DNA of 63,948 nt, the filler included, from Lama guanicoe (lineage: Eukaryota), in assembly GCA_013239625.1 (NCBI GenBank). It is 210 parts of 210 records of this genome, joined end to end, with 100 filler letters (N's around TTAATTAATTAA, not from the genome) between each part and the next. Parts side by side here need not be neighbours in the genome. Positions count along the whole stretch, not along the records: positions 11,591 to 11,795 come from PNXV01033154.1; positions 11,896 to 12,100 come from PNXV01033155.1; positions 12,201 to 12,405 come from PNXV01033156.1; positions 12,506 to 12,710 come from PNXV01033157.1; positions 12,811 to 13,015 come from PNXV01033158.1; positions 13,116 to 13,320 come from PNXV01033159.1; positions 13,421 to 13,625 come from PNXV01033160.1; positions 13,726 to 13,930 come from PNXV01033161.1; 202 more parts are not named here. The stretch is one strand, 5' to 3'. This document shows positions 11,715 through 24,845 of the stretch, one piece after another (the stretch's first letter is position 1; every line of letters starts with the position of its first letter). A model generated the notes under the pieces. The model was not told where the DNA came from, did no database searches, and saw only the letters and a list, made by a program, of their open reading frames with translations. Both the position numbers and the translations under genes were made by a program.

Positions 11715-11795
11715 GCCACCCAAACTGTGGTCCCTGCACCAGCCATGTCAGCATCCCTGGGCACTAATAAGAAATGCAGAATCTTAGGTCCACCC
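11715..11795. mobile_element. MER5A-like hAT-Charlie fragment
   Basis: caaactgtggtccctgcaccagc..tcagcatccctggg..agaaatgcagaatcttagg matches recalled MER5A. Confidence 0.55.
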
Positions 11796-13725
11796 NNNNN
11801 NNNNNNNNNNNNNNNNNNNNNNNNNNNNNNNNNNNNNNNTTAATTAATTAANNNNNNNNNNNNNNNNNNNNNNNNNNNNNNNNNNNNNNNNNNNNGTCTT
11901 ACTAGGCTGGATTCTTCTCTGGGTAAAAATGGGAGATCTTTCATCACCCCACAGGGCCAACAGAGATGACCTTTGGAGAAAAGAAAAGAAAAAACAAGAA
12001 AAAGGAGGTGCCGGTTATTGTCAGAGTTTTGCCATTAAGCACCTAGGGGGTCTGGGGGAAAGCATTTGATTGTTCTTGGTCCCAGTTTCTTCTTTAATGA
12101 NNNNNNNNNNNNNNNNNNNNNNNNNNNNNNNNNNNNNNNNNNNNTTAATTAATTAANNNNNNNNNNNNNNNNNNNNNNNNNNNNNNNNNNNNNNNNNNNN
12201 TCTTTTTTGTTTATTGACTTTTTAAAGTGAAATGTTAAATTCCTCACTCTTTTCTTTTGTGTATATTCTACGGCTATTGTCCTTGTGGGGATTACATTTA
12301 ACATCCTAAAGTTATAACATTCTAATTTGAATTTATATCAGCTTAACTTAATAACATACAAAAACTCTGCTCTCCTTTACAGCTTTGTCCCCACCCATTT
12401 GGTTGNNNNNNNNNNNNNNNNNNNNNNNNNNNNNNNNNNNNNNNNNNNNTTAATTAATTAANNNNNNNNNNNNNNNNNNNNNNNNNNNNNNNNNNNNNNN
12501 NNNNNAAGAATTTTCATATGAAATACAAACAGCCAATCACTCTTCGTAAGTTAGGATACTAGAAATTTCAAAGGTAAATTTCACATCAAAGATTTCAAGT
12601 ACATCTCTGATTCTGTGACATGGTCTGTGCAAAACACGATCAGTTTACTCCATTTTCTCATTAGCTTACCCTACTAAAAGTTATGTTGTGGTTGGTTATT
12701 CATTCTACATNNNNNNNNNNNNNNNNNNNNNNNNNNNNNNNNNNNNNNNNNNNNTTAATTAATTAANNNNNNNNNNNNNNNNNNNNNNNNNNNNNNNNNN
12801 NNNNNNNNNNACCTGGAGGTAGATCTAATCCCACAGAGCCGATGAGATTGTAAAGGCCCGTCAGGTGCCAAGGCCAGGGTGATGCACTTGGGCAGCAGAA
12901 ATTCCACAGCGAGAGCCCTTGACTTTCCCCACACCCTGGGTCTCAGGTCTTCCTTCATCTGTCAGTAGCACATCCTTTTCAGAGCCGCTGATAACATTCC
13001 TGAGTCCGACCTGGANNNNNNNNNNNNNNNNNNNNNNNNNNNNNNNNNNNNNNNNNNNNTTAATTAATTAANNNNNNNNNNNNNNNNNNNNNNNNNNNNN
13101 NNNNNNNNNNNNNNNTGGGATTGCGATGAGAGACCAGAGGCGTGGTCCCCAGTGGGCGGGGACACGCCTCCCCCGGGAGAGGGTGGTGTGGGCCACTCAG
13201 CAGCGGGTGGAGGGGCCAGGCGAACGCAGGGACAGCAGGCGAAGTGGCTGGTGGGGGAGGACGGCTGGGCCGTGTTCTAGTGAATGAAGTTTATTTCCAT
13301 TTCTGTGGGGTCATAGCACANNNNNNNNNNNNNNNNNNNNNNNNNNNNNNNNNNNNNNNNNNNNTTAATTAATTAANNNNNNNNNNNNNNNNNNNNNNNN
13401 NNNNNNNNNNNNNNNNNNNNGCCTCGTTACCTGAGGGGGGAGGCGGACCAGCCCCGACGCCCCTGCCCCCGGGGAGCTGTCGGAGCTGTTTCCGCAGAGC
13501 CATCCTGTGCTCCAGGGCGGCCGGAGGAGTGGACAAAAGGAGGGCTGTGACCCTGCATCTGAGGGCTCCCATCCCAGGCGGGTCCCAGAGGCAGAGCTGG
13601 GGTCCTGCCCAAGGTCTGCAGTCGGNNNNNNNNNNNNNNNNNNNNNNNNNNNNNNNNNNNNNNNNNNNNTTAATTAATTAANNNNNNNNNNNNNNNNNNN
13701 NNNNNNNNNNNNNNNNNNNNNNNNN

Positions 13726-13929
13726 AGGTCGACTGTCATACCTGCCACCTCCATAGCCCTGGTCTCCACCACCTCTAGGGTAGCCACGACCACACCCATA
13801 GGACCCAAAGGTACCCCCTCCTCTTGTTCCTCAGGCTGACTTGCCCGCGTGGTCCACACGGATCTGGCGACCATTCAGAGACTCTCCATTCATGGCTCTC
13901 ATGGCATCTGAGGCATGCTCTGGATTGGC
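13726..13929 (-). pseudogene. RBM3: RBM3 processed pseudogene fragment
   Basis: Minus strand translates [67 protein letters not shown], the end of the RBM3 RRM plus RGG region. TGA replaces Arg at 13831-13833 and no intron is present. Confidence 0.93.
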
Positions 13930-16900
13930 ANNNNNNNNNNNNNNNNNNNNNNNNNNNNNNNNNNNNNNNNNNNNTTAATTAATTAANNNNNNNNNNNNNN
14001 NNNNNNNNNNNNNNNNNNNNNNNNNNNNNNCTGGAATCAGGAGAAATTGAAGAGGCCGGACGAGACACTCCAAGGCTTTGCCAGGACTCGTGCTGCAGCA
14101 GAGGGCATGAGAACAAGTGACAGGTGCCCCTGCTCCCTCCCCAGGGTGGGTTCAGTTCCCTTAAATGGGGTGGGGGGGTCCAGGGATCGGGTGGGAGGGG
14201 TGGCTTGGTGGGTAGGCCGGCACACTTGGTGGTGCNNNNNNNNNNNNNNNNNNNNNNNNNNNNNNNNNNNNNNNNNNNNTTAATTAATTAANNNNNNNNN
14301 NNNNNNNNNNNNNNNNNNNNNNNNNNNNNNNNNNNCAAAATATTTCACACTGCTCACTTAAAGTGGGTGCATTCTTTTATTGTACCTGAATTCTAGCTCA
14401 ATAAATTTGATTTACAAATTCTCTCTATTACGCTATAACCAAGTGTCTGCTCCTCTTTCATGTGGAGCTGGGGGTTGGACGGGGGTATCTAATGCCTCCT
14501 AGTCTGTCTTCAGCCAGCAGAGGCTCAGACCTCCCCCTGCNNNNNNNNNNNNNNNNNNNNNNNNNNNNNNNNNNNNNNNNNNNNTTAATTAATTAANNNN
14601 NNNNNNNNNNNNNNNNNNNNNNNNNNNNNNNNNNNNNNNNCACTTGGTTGGAGCACCTCCTTAATCTGTAGACTGTTTTCATTAGACCTGCTAACTTCCC
14701 AGGAATCCCCAAAGCTGGATCAGGAGCTGAGACTGACGGGGCAGATGGTGCTCAGGCTACGTGCGTCTCACTAAGGAGTTTGGATTTTACACTGAGGGAA
14801 ACGGGAGGGTTGTTGGGGGATCTTATCAAGGGTGTGATGCCATCANNNNNNNNNNNNNNNNNNNNNNNNNNNNNNNNNNNNNNNNNNNNTTAATTAATTA
14901 ANNNNNNNNNNNNNNNNNNNNNNNNNNNNNNNNNNNNNNNNNNNNAAACTGAAGTGGTGAGAAATGATAGACAGTGAAAGTATTCATCAGATGAAAGTTG
15001 TTATTATAACAGCTGTTGAATAAAATTGAAGGCAGCAAAGATAACAGCGATCAGAAGAGGGACTGCGTGATAATGACAGAGAAACGCGTCACGCAGACCA
15101 GGCTGCCACGAACACGCGCGCAGCTGACAGCACGGCCTAGAGAGGAGGCGNNNNNNNNNNNNNNNNNNNNNNNNNNNNNNNNNNNNNNNNNNNNTTAATT
15201 AATTAANNNNNNNNNNNNNNNNNNNNNNNNNNNNNNNNNNNNNNNNNNNNCAGAAGCCTTTGGTAGAGAAGTGTTTAGAACCATCTTTAACATTTATTCT
15301 TAATGGAATAAATTCTGGGTAAGCGTTGTTACTCTCTTCATTCTCATGCCTATATGGGGCAAATCGAAATAGTATTTAATTTTTCTCCTTCCTCACTGTT
15401 CGCCTTTCTAACATTTTTGCTCTTAATTTTTTTCTCTACTGGTTAGTTCATAAGCNNNNNNNNNNNNNNNNNNNNNNNNNNNNNNNNNNNNNNNNNNNNT
15501 TAATTAATTAANNNNNNNNNNNNNNNNNNNNNNNNNNNNNNNNNNNNNNNNNNNNAAGCATGTCAAAAAATCTCAAAGCCATAACCTGTGGCCTGACAGT
15601 GTATATATCAGTAATATGACTTTAATAATGGAATGGAGAGTGGAAAGTTTTGAGTTTTTATACACAATGCATAAAGATTGGCAACAAAAATGCTGTTTGA
15701 TAAATTCTTAATAAAATTGTGGTTGACTTTCATTATTTTCTGTGAAATGTATTTTGCAATNNNNNNNNNNNNNNNNNNNNNNNNNNNNNNNNNNNNNNNN
15801 NNNNTTAATTAATTAANNNNNNNNNNNNNNNNNNNNNNNNNNNNNNNNNNNNNNNNNNNNACCTTCAGCTCAGGCCATGCTCTGAATTAGGTACCCTGTT
15901 AGCTTGGTCGTTTCCATGCATGTTGGCCCTTCAAAGATCCTTTCTTTGTCTGATCTGAATTCACGGTTTTATATGAGCCAATGGAAGCTCCTTTAAAATT
16001 TGTTCTCATGTTGCCCGGAGCATTTCCACTAGCTAACATTTCCCTTGACCTCATGTTAGGCAGGCNNNNNNNNNNNNNNNNNNNNNNNNNNNNNNNNNNN
16101 NNNNNNNNNTTAATTAATTAANNNNNNNNNNNNNNNNNNNNNNNNNNNNNNNNNNNNNNNNNNNNAGTCACCATAATAATGTAATCATTTAGCAGTGTTG
16201 TGAACTGCGTATTATCTTTATTATTTAGATGAAGAAACTGAGGCCCAGGCTCTCTGATGGTACACATGTAAGGTAGCACTTGAAAGCTGGTCTTTACTGT
16301 TCCACAATGTTTCAGTATACGTTTCTGATAAATGAAGACCTCAACCATTGTTAGTAATAATATACTTTGGNNNNNNNNNNNNNNNNNNNNNNNNNNNNNN
16401 NNNNNNNNNNNNNNTTAATTAATTAANNNNNNNNNNNNNNNNNNNNNNNNNNNNNNNNNNNNNNNNNNNNTAAGAGCACTTCATCACGCTCAGAACTGAG
16501 CCTGTTTTTTGCCCCCTCACGTCTTTCTTCCCTGTGGATTTTCTACCTCGGTAAAAGACACCCTTATCTGTCTGGCCTCCAGAAACCTCAGCGTTATGAC
16601 ATCTTCCTCTTCCTCCCTTCCTCTTGATGCTTGAGGATTCACCTTCTAAATATATTGATAATTCTTGCATGTGTGNNNNNNNNNNNNNNNNNNNNNNNNN
16701 NNNNNNNNNNNNNNNNNNNTTAATTAATTAANNNNNNNNNNNNNNNNNNNNNNNNNNNNNNNNNNNNNNNNNNNNCCCAATCTAATGAGGCACATAGATG
16801 GAAGTGCCCCATGATCTATGTACACATTGTAGGTATTTTAGGAAAGAAGGAAAAATAAATTGTATTTTGTTATTCACACTTATCCATAGTTCATTTTGAA

Positions 16901-18639
16901 CCAAAAAGGCAAAAAAAAGCATACCAACTGCAAAAACCTGGAAAATGTGGGCCCTGAGCTCTGCAGGGAACCACAGGTACNNNNNNNNNNNNNNNNNNNN
17001 NNNNNNNNNNNNNNNNNNNNNNNNTTAATTAATTAANNNNNNNNNNNNNNNNNNNNNNNNNNNNNNNNNNNNNNNNNNNNTCATGGAACAAGAAGGGGTT
17101 GATTTAGAGGAACAGGGACAGGGAACGTGGGAGGTAGTGAAAAGTATGAGCTGGAGAAAAAAGATAATAAATTTGAGAATTGTTAAGGGAAAGAGAAAAG
17201 TACAGAGCTGAAGCAGAAATCAAACAGATGCAAATTGAAATGAAGAAAGACAAGGGTGATTAAAATATTCTTTCATTTTTCACGANNNNNNNNNNNNNNN
17301 NNNNNNNNNNNNNNNNNNNNNNNNNNNNNTTAATTAATTAANNNNNNNNNNNNNNNNNNNNNNNNNNNNNNNNNNNNNNNNNNNNTTTTTTTTTTACCAT
17401 AACACAGTGCTTAATATAGTGCCAGATTTATTGTGGATGCTTAATATGTTTTCTCTTGATGAATGCATGTATTGTCCACTTACCCTAATTTTTAATTCCC
17501 ACTAAGAATATTACAGCAAGAGACAGATAATATGTGTCTACAGAATATTCCATTTAAGAGATGAGAGAACCCTAACTGGTTGGCTGTCTGNNNNNNNNNN
17601 NNNNNNNNNNNNNNNNNNNNNNNNNNNNNNNNNNTTAATTAATTAANNNNNNNNNNNNNNNNNNNNNNNNNNNNNNNNNNNNNNNNNNNNTCAGTGGGTA
17701 AAGGGAGAAGCCAATTAAAATGAATGAAAAGATGGGAAAGCTAAGCAGAGAAATAGAAAATATTTGTAAAAGCCAAATGAAAAATCTAGATCTAAAGTTG
17801 TAATATCTTAAATTTTTAAAAATCCCCCCTGTAGCCTTAGTTGCAGAATGGAAATGAAAGAGAAATGAGTCAGTGAATTTGAAGGTACATTGATANNNNN
17901 NNNNNNNNNNNNNNNNNNNNNNNNNNNNNNNNNNNNNNNTTAATTAATTAANNNNNNNNNNNNNNNNNNNNNNNNNNNNNNNNNNNNNNNNNNNNTCACC
18001 CTGAAAGACAACTCTCTCTCTTCTCCCCTTTCACTCCTCCCCTCATCTCTGAATTAATCATTTATTGAGAAAACATTCTGCCTGGACCTTTCCTGCTTCT
18101 GGTCACCATTGGTCCAGTCTATAGTAGTGTTCAACAGAAAAGCTGAAAATATACTGTATAATTTCCAAAGATAAAATATATTTCATTGTTGAACTGATTC
18201 NNNNNNNNNNNNNNNNNNNNNNNNNNNNNNNNNNNNNNNNNNNNTTAATTAATTAANNNNNNNNNNNNNNNNNNNNNNNNNNNNNNNNNNNNNNNNNNNN
18301 CACATTTTACATCTGGACGATGCAGAGTGGCTCAAACTTGAAGGCAACACAGTCTTCTTCCTGGTGGGAAAATTTAGTCACTTAGACAAGAATGCTGATT
18401 CTACCTTTTTCTTGAAAGCTGAGGAGGTCTAGCTCTGGGACTTTTAATTCTCACTCTTTGAAGTGCTATGAATTCCTTTTCAGGGGTTGACATGAAGGGT
18501 ATTAANNNNNNNNNNNNNNNNNNNNNNNNNNNNNNNNNNNNNNNNNNNNTTAATTAATTAANNNNNNNNNNNNNNNNNNNNNNNNNNNNNNNNNNNNNNN
18601 NNNNNCAGCTCCACAGACAGCTGATGTGGGGGCATCGGC

Positions 18640-18805
18640 TTGCTAGGTCTGCCATAACCAGACCAGGGGGCTTAAACACCAGAAATTTACCCTTTCACAG
18701 TTCTGGAGGCTGGAAGTCCAAGATGCAGGTGTCAGCAGGGCTGGTTCTTTCCAAGGGCTGTGAGAGAGAACCTGTTCCAGGCTTCTCCCAGCTTCTGGCG
18801 ATTTA
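18640..18805 (-). mobile_element. MLT1 (MaLR) LTR fragment
   Basis: ctgccataac..ggcttaaacaccagaaattta..cacagttctggaggctggaagtccaagat, the classic antisense MLT1 3' end. Confidence 0.85.
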
Positions 18806-18910
18806 CAAGCNNNNNNNNNNNNNNNNNNNNNNNNNNNNNNNNNNNNNNNNNNNNTTAATTAATTAANNNNNNNNNNNNNNNNNNNNNNNNNNNNNNNNNN
18901 NNNNNNNNNN

Positions 18911-19039
18911 TGATGGATGCTAACTAAACTCATTTCAGTAATCATTCCACAGTACCTGTTAGTCGAACCATTACACTGTACACCTTAAACGTATACAGTG
19001 ATGTATGTCAATAATATCACAATAAAACTGGGAAAAAAA
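18911..19039 (+). mobile_element. L1M 3' terminus with AATAAA and short A tail
   Basis: ctgtacaccttaaacgtatacagtgatgtatgtcaataatatcacaataaaactgggaaaaaaa. Confidence 0.8.
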
Positions 19040-19215
19040 TCTCAGTTGTCTGACTTATAAGTCGGTGGCATTGAGTTCTCCACTTAATGCCTCTCAGTTT
19101 CCTTGTACTCGAGTTNNNNNNNNNNNNNNNNNNNNNNNNNNNNNNNNNNNNNNNNNNNNTTAATTAATTAANNNNNNNNNNNNNNNNNNNNNNNNNNNNN
19201 NNNNNNNNNNNNNNN

Positions 19216-19355
19216 TTGGGTCTTCTGAGCATCAGCTGCCCATTCTCCTTATTTGGCCCTGCAATAAGTGCTTTACTTCACTCATCACAACCTGCTATCA
19301 GTAGATTGGCTTTGCTGCCCATAAGATGAGAAAATCCAAGTTTGGTTTGGTAGCA
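19216..19355 (+). mobile_element. ERV1-class LTR 3' end
   Basis: cagtagattggctttgctg..ccaagtttggtttggtagca; similar U5 terminus to 2746-2857. Confidence 0.5.
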
Positions 19356-19520
19356 CTATTACTTGAAAAAAACATTTGTGAATATATAACACTTTACTGA
19401 TGACCCTATGCAACTTGTGTNNNNNNNNNNNNNNNNNNNNNNNNNNNNNNNNNNNNNNNNNNNNTTAATTAATTAANNNNNNNNNNNNNNNNNNNNNNNN
19501 NNNNNNNNNNNNNNNNNNNN

Positions 19521-19725
19521 ACAAGATATTGAACATAGTTCCCTGTGCTATACAGAAGAAACTTCTTAAAATCTATTTTTATATATATAGTAGTGAGCAT
19601 TTATAAATCTTAAACTCCCAAATTTAGCCCTTCTCACCCCTTTTTCCCAGTAACCATAAGATTATTTACTATGTCAGTAAGTCTGTTTCTGTTTTGTAGA
19701 TAAGTTCATAGTATCCTTTTTTTTC
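19521..19725 (-). mobile_element. Cetartiodactyl-type L1 3' UTR
   Basis: acaagatattgaacatagttccctgtgctatacag..gtctgtttctgttttgtagataagttcat; antisense to the 3' UTRs at 21961 and 34160. Confidence 0.85.
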
Positions 19726-21350
19726 NNNNNNNNNNNNNNNNNNNNNNNNNNNNNNNNNNNNNNNNNNNNTTAATTAATTAANNNNNNNNNNNNNNNNNNN
19801 NNNNNNNNNNNNNNNNNNNNNNNNNCGACCCCACAGCAGCAGGTCCCACGCCTGCTGGGGACCCCAGCCAGATGACGCAAGACCGCACCGCCTTTGCGGC
19901 TCTGGGGAGCAGCCTCGTGCCTGCCCAGGCGCGGGACAGAGGAGCTGGGCTGCACAGAACCAAGGAGGCGCCGTGTGCGGAGCGCTCCTGGCTCCTCCGG
20001 GTAGACGCGCCCAGGGATGGGCTGTCCTGTNNNNNNNNNNNNNNNNNNNNNNNNNNNNNNNNNNNNNNNNNNNNTTAATTAATTAANNNNNNNNNNNNNN
20101 NNNNNNNNNNNNNNNNNNNNNNNNNNNNNNTGTCTAGTTTTATTTCTCACAAGAACCCTTTGAGGCCCTTATTGTTCCTAATTCCGCTGTGGATGAAGCT
20201 GAGCCTAGAAAGGCCGTGGTGGAGGGGCCAGAGTTCAGCGATTTTGTTCTAAGCCTAAGAGGCAGCAAATTAAGAAGAGGGTAAGAACTGACCACAGGCA
20301 CTGAGAGTAGCAAGAAGTAGATGCTTCCAGTTCTANNNNNNNNNNNNNNNNNNNNNNNNNNNNNNNNNNNNNNNNNNNNTTAATTAATTAANNNNNNNNN
20401 NNNNNNNNNNNNNNNNNNNNNNNNNNNNNNNNNNNTGCCAGGGACTGGAGCCCTGGGGGGTGAAAACCCGAGATCCCTTTTATAAGCAGGCCGCGTGGGC
20501 ACTGTAACACGGGAGATGACTGCCTACAAGGAGGCAGCGAGGAGGAAGTGGTGGCTCAGAGAAGTGATGGGTGTCTCCGCAAGGGCCGGCACTATCCAGG
20601 CCTTCTGGCCCCAGGTCCAGTGCGCCTTAGTATTTGGCGCNNNNNNNNNNNNNNNNNNNNNNNNNNNNNNNNNNNNNNNNNNNNTTAATTAATTAANNNN
20701 NNNNNNNNNNNNNNNNNNNNNNNNNNNNNNNNNNNNNNNNAAAACAAACTGTAAAAAAGTATATATATGGGAAAGTCTGTGTTTATTTTTACACGTATAA
20801 AATTATATATTTATATACTTATAAAATTATAAAACAAACTGGATATTTGATGTTTTTAGAGAGATAGTTGTATTAGATTGTTTTCAAAAGGGTATCAGAG
20901 GAGTAGTAAGACGACAGGGGTTAGATGGAGAATGGCTGGCCACAGNNNNNNNNNNNNNNNNNNNNNNNNNNNNNNNNNNNNNNNNNNNNTTAATTAATTA
21001 ANNNNNNNNNNNNNNNNNNNNNNNNNNNNNNNNNNNNNNNNNNNNTTTTTTTTAAGGGTGAAACTGGCCTAACAGTCAGACATTTGGCATTTAGGTTCCA
21101 TATGCACATGTAGCCAACTGATGTCTCCAAGTTCTAATGCTAAAAATGGCCACATTTATTTTTCAAAATTGGAATTAGTGCTCATGTTTAAACTGCTGCA
21201 CGTTAATCAATTTGCATCTTCTTGCAGGTTTTAACTAATTTAGAGGAATGNNNNNNNNNNNNNNNNNNNNNNNNNNNNNNNNNNNNNNNNNNNNTTAATT
21301 AATTAANNNNNNNNNNNNNNNNNNNNNNNNNNNNNNNNNNNNNNNNNNNN

Positions 21351-21430
21351 AGGGGAAATGCTTCCACCCAGAAACACGACCATTATCCCATTTCACTGAA
21401 AGATCAGACTCCCTAGTGATGTAGGGTCCT
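21351..21430 (+). mobile_element. ERV-L pol/dUTPase-region remnant
   Basis: GEMLPPRNTTIIPFH*KIRLPSD resembles the recalled ERV-L sequence GGMLPPGDTTxIPLNWKLRLPP. Confidence 0.55.
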
Positions 21431-21960
21431 CCTGCCTCCCTGGACATCTCTCTGTCTGTCTCCACCCATGCCCTCGGACCCCCACTCATACGTTAGGGAC
21501 AAAGATACCATGGAAGCCCCATGCTGCCAGGCAGAAATCCACCCCTGATCCACCGNNNNNNNNNNNNNNNNNNNNNNNNNNNNNNNNNNNNNNNNNNNNT
21601 TAATTAATTAANNNNNNNNNNNNNNNNNNNNNNNNNNNNNNNNNNNNNNNNNNNNAAATAATGGAAAAGCATGGCCAGTCCTCCAAAGACAAGGAAAATG
21701 CCAGTTTTCTGGACAAACCTGAGCAGTGAGCACACCATAGGACCCTGTAGATGGCATCCAGGCTATGGGTGAGCTCTTTCCATTCAGAAAATGCAGTATC
21801 TTCTGTGCACTCATGTCATGAATAAATGTGAGGATAACTGTGCTTTTCTGCATTGTATTTNNNNNNNNNNNNNNNNNNNNNNNNNNNNNNNNNNNNNNNN
21901 NNNNTTAATTAATTAANNNNNNNNNNNNNNNNNNNNNNNNNNNNNNNNNNNNNNNNNNNN

Positions 21961-22165
21961 AACAAACTGGTGGTTACCAAAGGGGAAAGGGAATGGGAGA
22001 AGAACAAATTAGCAGTTTTGGACTAGCAGATAGAAACTGCTATATATAAAATAGATGAACAACAAGGTCCTACTGTATATACTACAAGGAACTATACTCA
22101 ATATCCTGCAATAAACCATAACAGAAAAGAATATGAATATATATATGTATATACATATAACTGAA
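21961..22165 (+). mobile_element. Cetartiodactyl-type L1 3' UTR
   Basis: aacaaactggtggttaccaaaggggaaaggg..ctatatataaaatagat..aacaaggtcctactgtata. Confidence 0.85.
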
Positions 22166-22875
22166 NNNNNNNNNNNNNNNNNNNNNNNNNNNNNNNNNNN
22201 NNNNNNNNNTTAATTAATTAANNNNNNNNNNNNNNNNNNNNNNNNNNNNNNNNNNNNNNNNNNNNCCAAGTCCACCTAAATGAGAAGTGGTGGAGCTGAG
22301 GTTTTAAACCGAGGACCACCTGACCCCGGGACTCGAGAGTGGAAGCGCAACTCTGCCTTGACTTCCTGCCTGGTTTCAGCACTCTGTGCTTCACCACCTG
22401 TCTGCTATAGTTCATTCTCTGCAGAGCAACCGGAAATCAGACCGCGTGTTCCTGCTACAGCCCATCCACGNNNNNNNNNNNNNNNNNNNNNNNNNNNNNN
22501 NNNNNNNNNNNNNNTTAATTAATTAANNNNNNNNNNNNNNNNNNNNNNNNNNNNNNNNNNNNNNNNNNNNAACCTTTAACTGTGGGCATTATTACAAATA
22601 ACTCACCTGCTTTTAAAATATTACTTCAATAATTTCAAAAATCTTAACCCAAGAATTCTACAAAGATGATCAACTAGGCAATATAATGGTACCAATAAGA
22701 AAGAAATGGATGAAGAATAGAGGTACGTTGTATCTTTACAGGACTGGTAATCAGACTCTATTTGCATACAGGACTNNNNNNNNNNNNNNNNNNNNNNNNN
22801 NNNNNNNNNNNNNNNNNNNTTAATTAATTAANNNNNNNNNNNNNNNNNNNNNNNNNNNNNNNNNNNNNNNNNNNN

Positions 22876-23080
22876 CAAACTTATAAGCTTTTGCACAGCA
22901 AAGGAAACCATAAACAAAATGAAATGACAAGCTATGGACTTGGAGAAAATACTTGCAAATAATATGGCTGGCAAGGACTTAATTTCCAAAATATACAAAC
23001 AGCTCATACAACTCGACAACAACAACAATAACAAAACAACCCAATCAAAAAATGGGCAGAAGACCTAAATAGACATTTCT
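22876..23080 (+). mobile_element. LINE-1 ORF2 fragment (disrupted)
   Basis: KLISFCTAKETINKMK*Q..EKILAN; ends in aacccaatcaaaaaatgggcagaagacctaaatagacatttct. Confidence 0.92.
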
Positions 23081-23485
23081 NNNNNNNNNNNNNNNNNNNN
23101 NNNNNNNNNNNNNNNNNNNNNNNNTTAATTAATTAANNNNNNNNNNNNNNNNNNNNNNNNNNNNNNNNNNNNNNNNNNNNTCTCTCTGGGCTCTGTAACC
23201 ACCCTTCTCCTTTGTCCAGCCAGGCTTGGTTGGTACTGATCCCCACTTTTTCTGGGTCCCAAACTACTTCACCATCCCTTATTGGCTTACCTTAATATTG
23301 CCACGCCTTTAAAAGAGTTCCTTTATTAAACCCTCTTCAATTACCCCATTAAGTATATAAAATGGAGATCCTGCTCGAACCCTGANNNNNNNNNNNNNNN
23401 NNNNNNNNNNNNNNNNNNNNNNNNNNNNNTTAATTAATTAANNNNNNNNNNNNNNNNNNNNNNNNNNNNNNNNNNNNNNNNNNNN

Positions 23486-23630
23486 ACATCCAAAATATAT
23501 AAAGAACTCATACAACTCAAGAGCAAAAAAAAATTGTTTAAATAACCTTATTACAAAACAGGCAAAGGTTTTGAATAGACATTTCTCCAAAAAAGACATA
23601 CAAATGACCAACAGGTATATTAACAGATGC
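23486..23630 (+). mobile_element. LINE-1 ORF2 fragment
   Basis: tccaaaatatataaagaactcatacaactcaa..tgaatagacatttctccaaaaaagacatacaaatgaccaacagg. Confidence 0.9.
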
Positions 23631-24095
23631 TGAAGGAGAGCAGGACATGCCATTCCAAAAGATGATACTTTGTTTGGCATGTGGATAATTNNNNNNNNNN
23701 NNNNNNNNNNNNNNNNNNNNNNNNNNNNNNNNNNTTAATTAATTAANNNNNNNNNNNNNNNNNNNNNNNNNNNNNNNNNNNNNNNNNNNNAAAGCCCGCC
23801 GCTCTCCGAGCCACCCCCACCTCACCTAGGAAAAGGGCCAGCCCAGCCCAGCGAGGGAGGGAAGGAAGGGCCAGTCCGACCCAGCCAGCCTGGAGCCACC
23901 ACTGACCCCACCTGCCAGGTGACCTCCAACAGCACTGGACCCCCAGGCCTGAGTCTCCCCGCCTGTGACATGATGGCTGCCCCCGCCCCACTGCANNNNN
24001 NNNNNNNNNNNNNNNNNNNNNNNNNNNNNNNNNNNNNNNTTAATTAATTAANNNNNNNNNNNNNNNNNNNNNNNNNNNNNNNNNNNNNNNNNNNN

Positions 24096-24235
24096 AGACT
24101 TGCTTCAGACTTCGAGACACATATAGACTGAAATCGAGATACTGAAAAAAGGAAGTCCACACAAATGGAAATCAAAAGACAGCCAGAGTCTCAATCCTTG
24201 TATCAGACAACATAGACCTTTAAATAAAGACTGTT
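24096..24235 (+). mobile_element. LINE-1 ORF2 endonuclease fragment (bubble copy A)
   Basis: Near-identical to 24706-24845, but with TGA in place of TGG. Confidence 0.8.
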
Positions 24236-24705
24236 GGAAGAACTCAATCATGTAGCTACCCTTAACTACGAAAGAAGCTGGTCAGCGTAGTCTTTATTTT
24301 NNNNNNNNNNNNNNNNNNNNNNNNNNNNNNNNNNNNNNNNNNNNTTAATTAATTAANNNNNNNNNNNNNNNNNNNNNNNNNNNNNNNNNNNNNNNNNNNN
24401 AAGTGGTGCTTTTTGGAAATGATGTGAGATGGTGGTAGGATGCTTTATAGTTAGAACTTGAGAATGTTTCAGGTGTTTTTATCTGCAATTATCTCATGAA
24501 TCTTGGGGGCAATGGTTAAAGAACTGTCCCTGCCCATGGCATGTCAACCTTATGATGTAGACCTTCAGAAGGGGTGTCCCTGACCTTGACCTTGTGAGGC
24601 CAGTGNNNNNNNNNNNNNNNNNNNNNNNNNNNNNNNNNNNNNNNNNNNNTTAATTAATTAANNNNNNNNNNNNNNNNNNNNNNNNNNNNNNNNNNNNNNN
24701 NNNNN

Positions 24706-24845
24706 AGACTTGCTTCAGACTTCGAGACACATATAGACTGAAATCGAGATACTGGAAAAAGGAAGTCCACACAAATGGAAATCAAAAGACAGCCGGAGTC
24801 GCAATCCTTGTATCGGACAACATAGACCTTTAAATAAAGACTGTT
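24706..24845 (+). mobile_element. LINE-1 ORF2 endonuclease fragment (bubble copy B)
   Basis: TCFRLRDTYRLKSRYWKKEVHTNGNQKTAGVAILVSDNIDL*IKT, similar to L1 EN THFRxKDTxRLKVxGWKKxxHANGNQKKAGVAILISDKIDFK. Confidence 0.85.
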
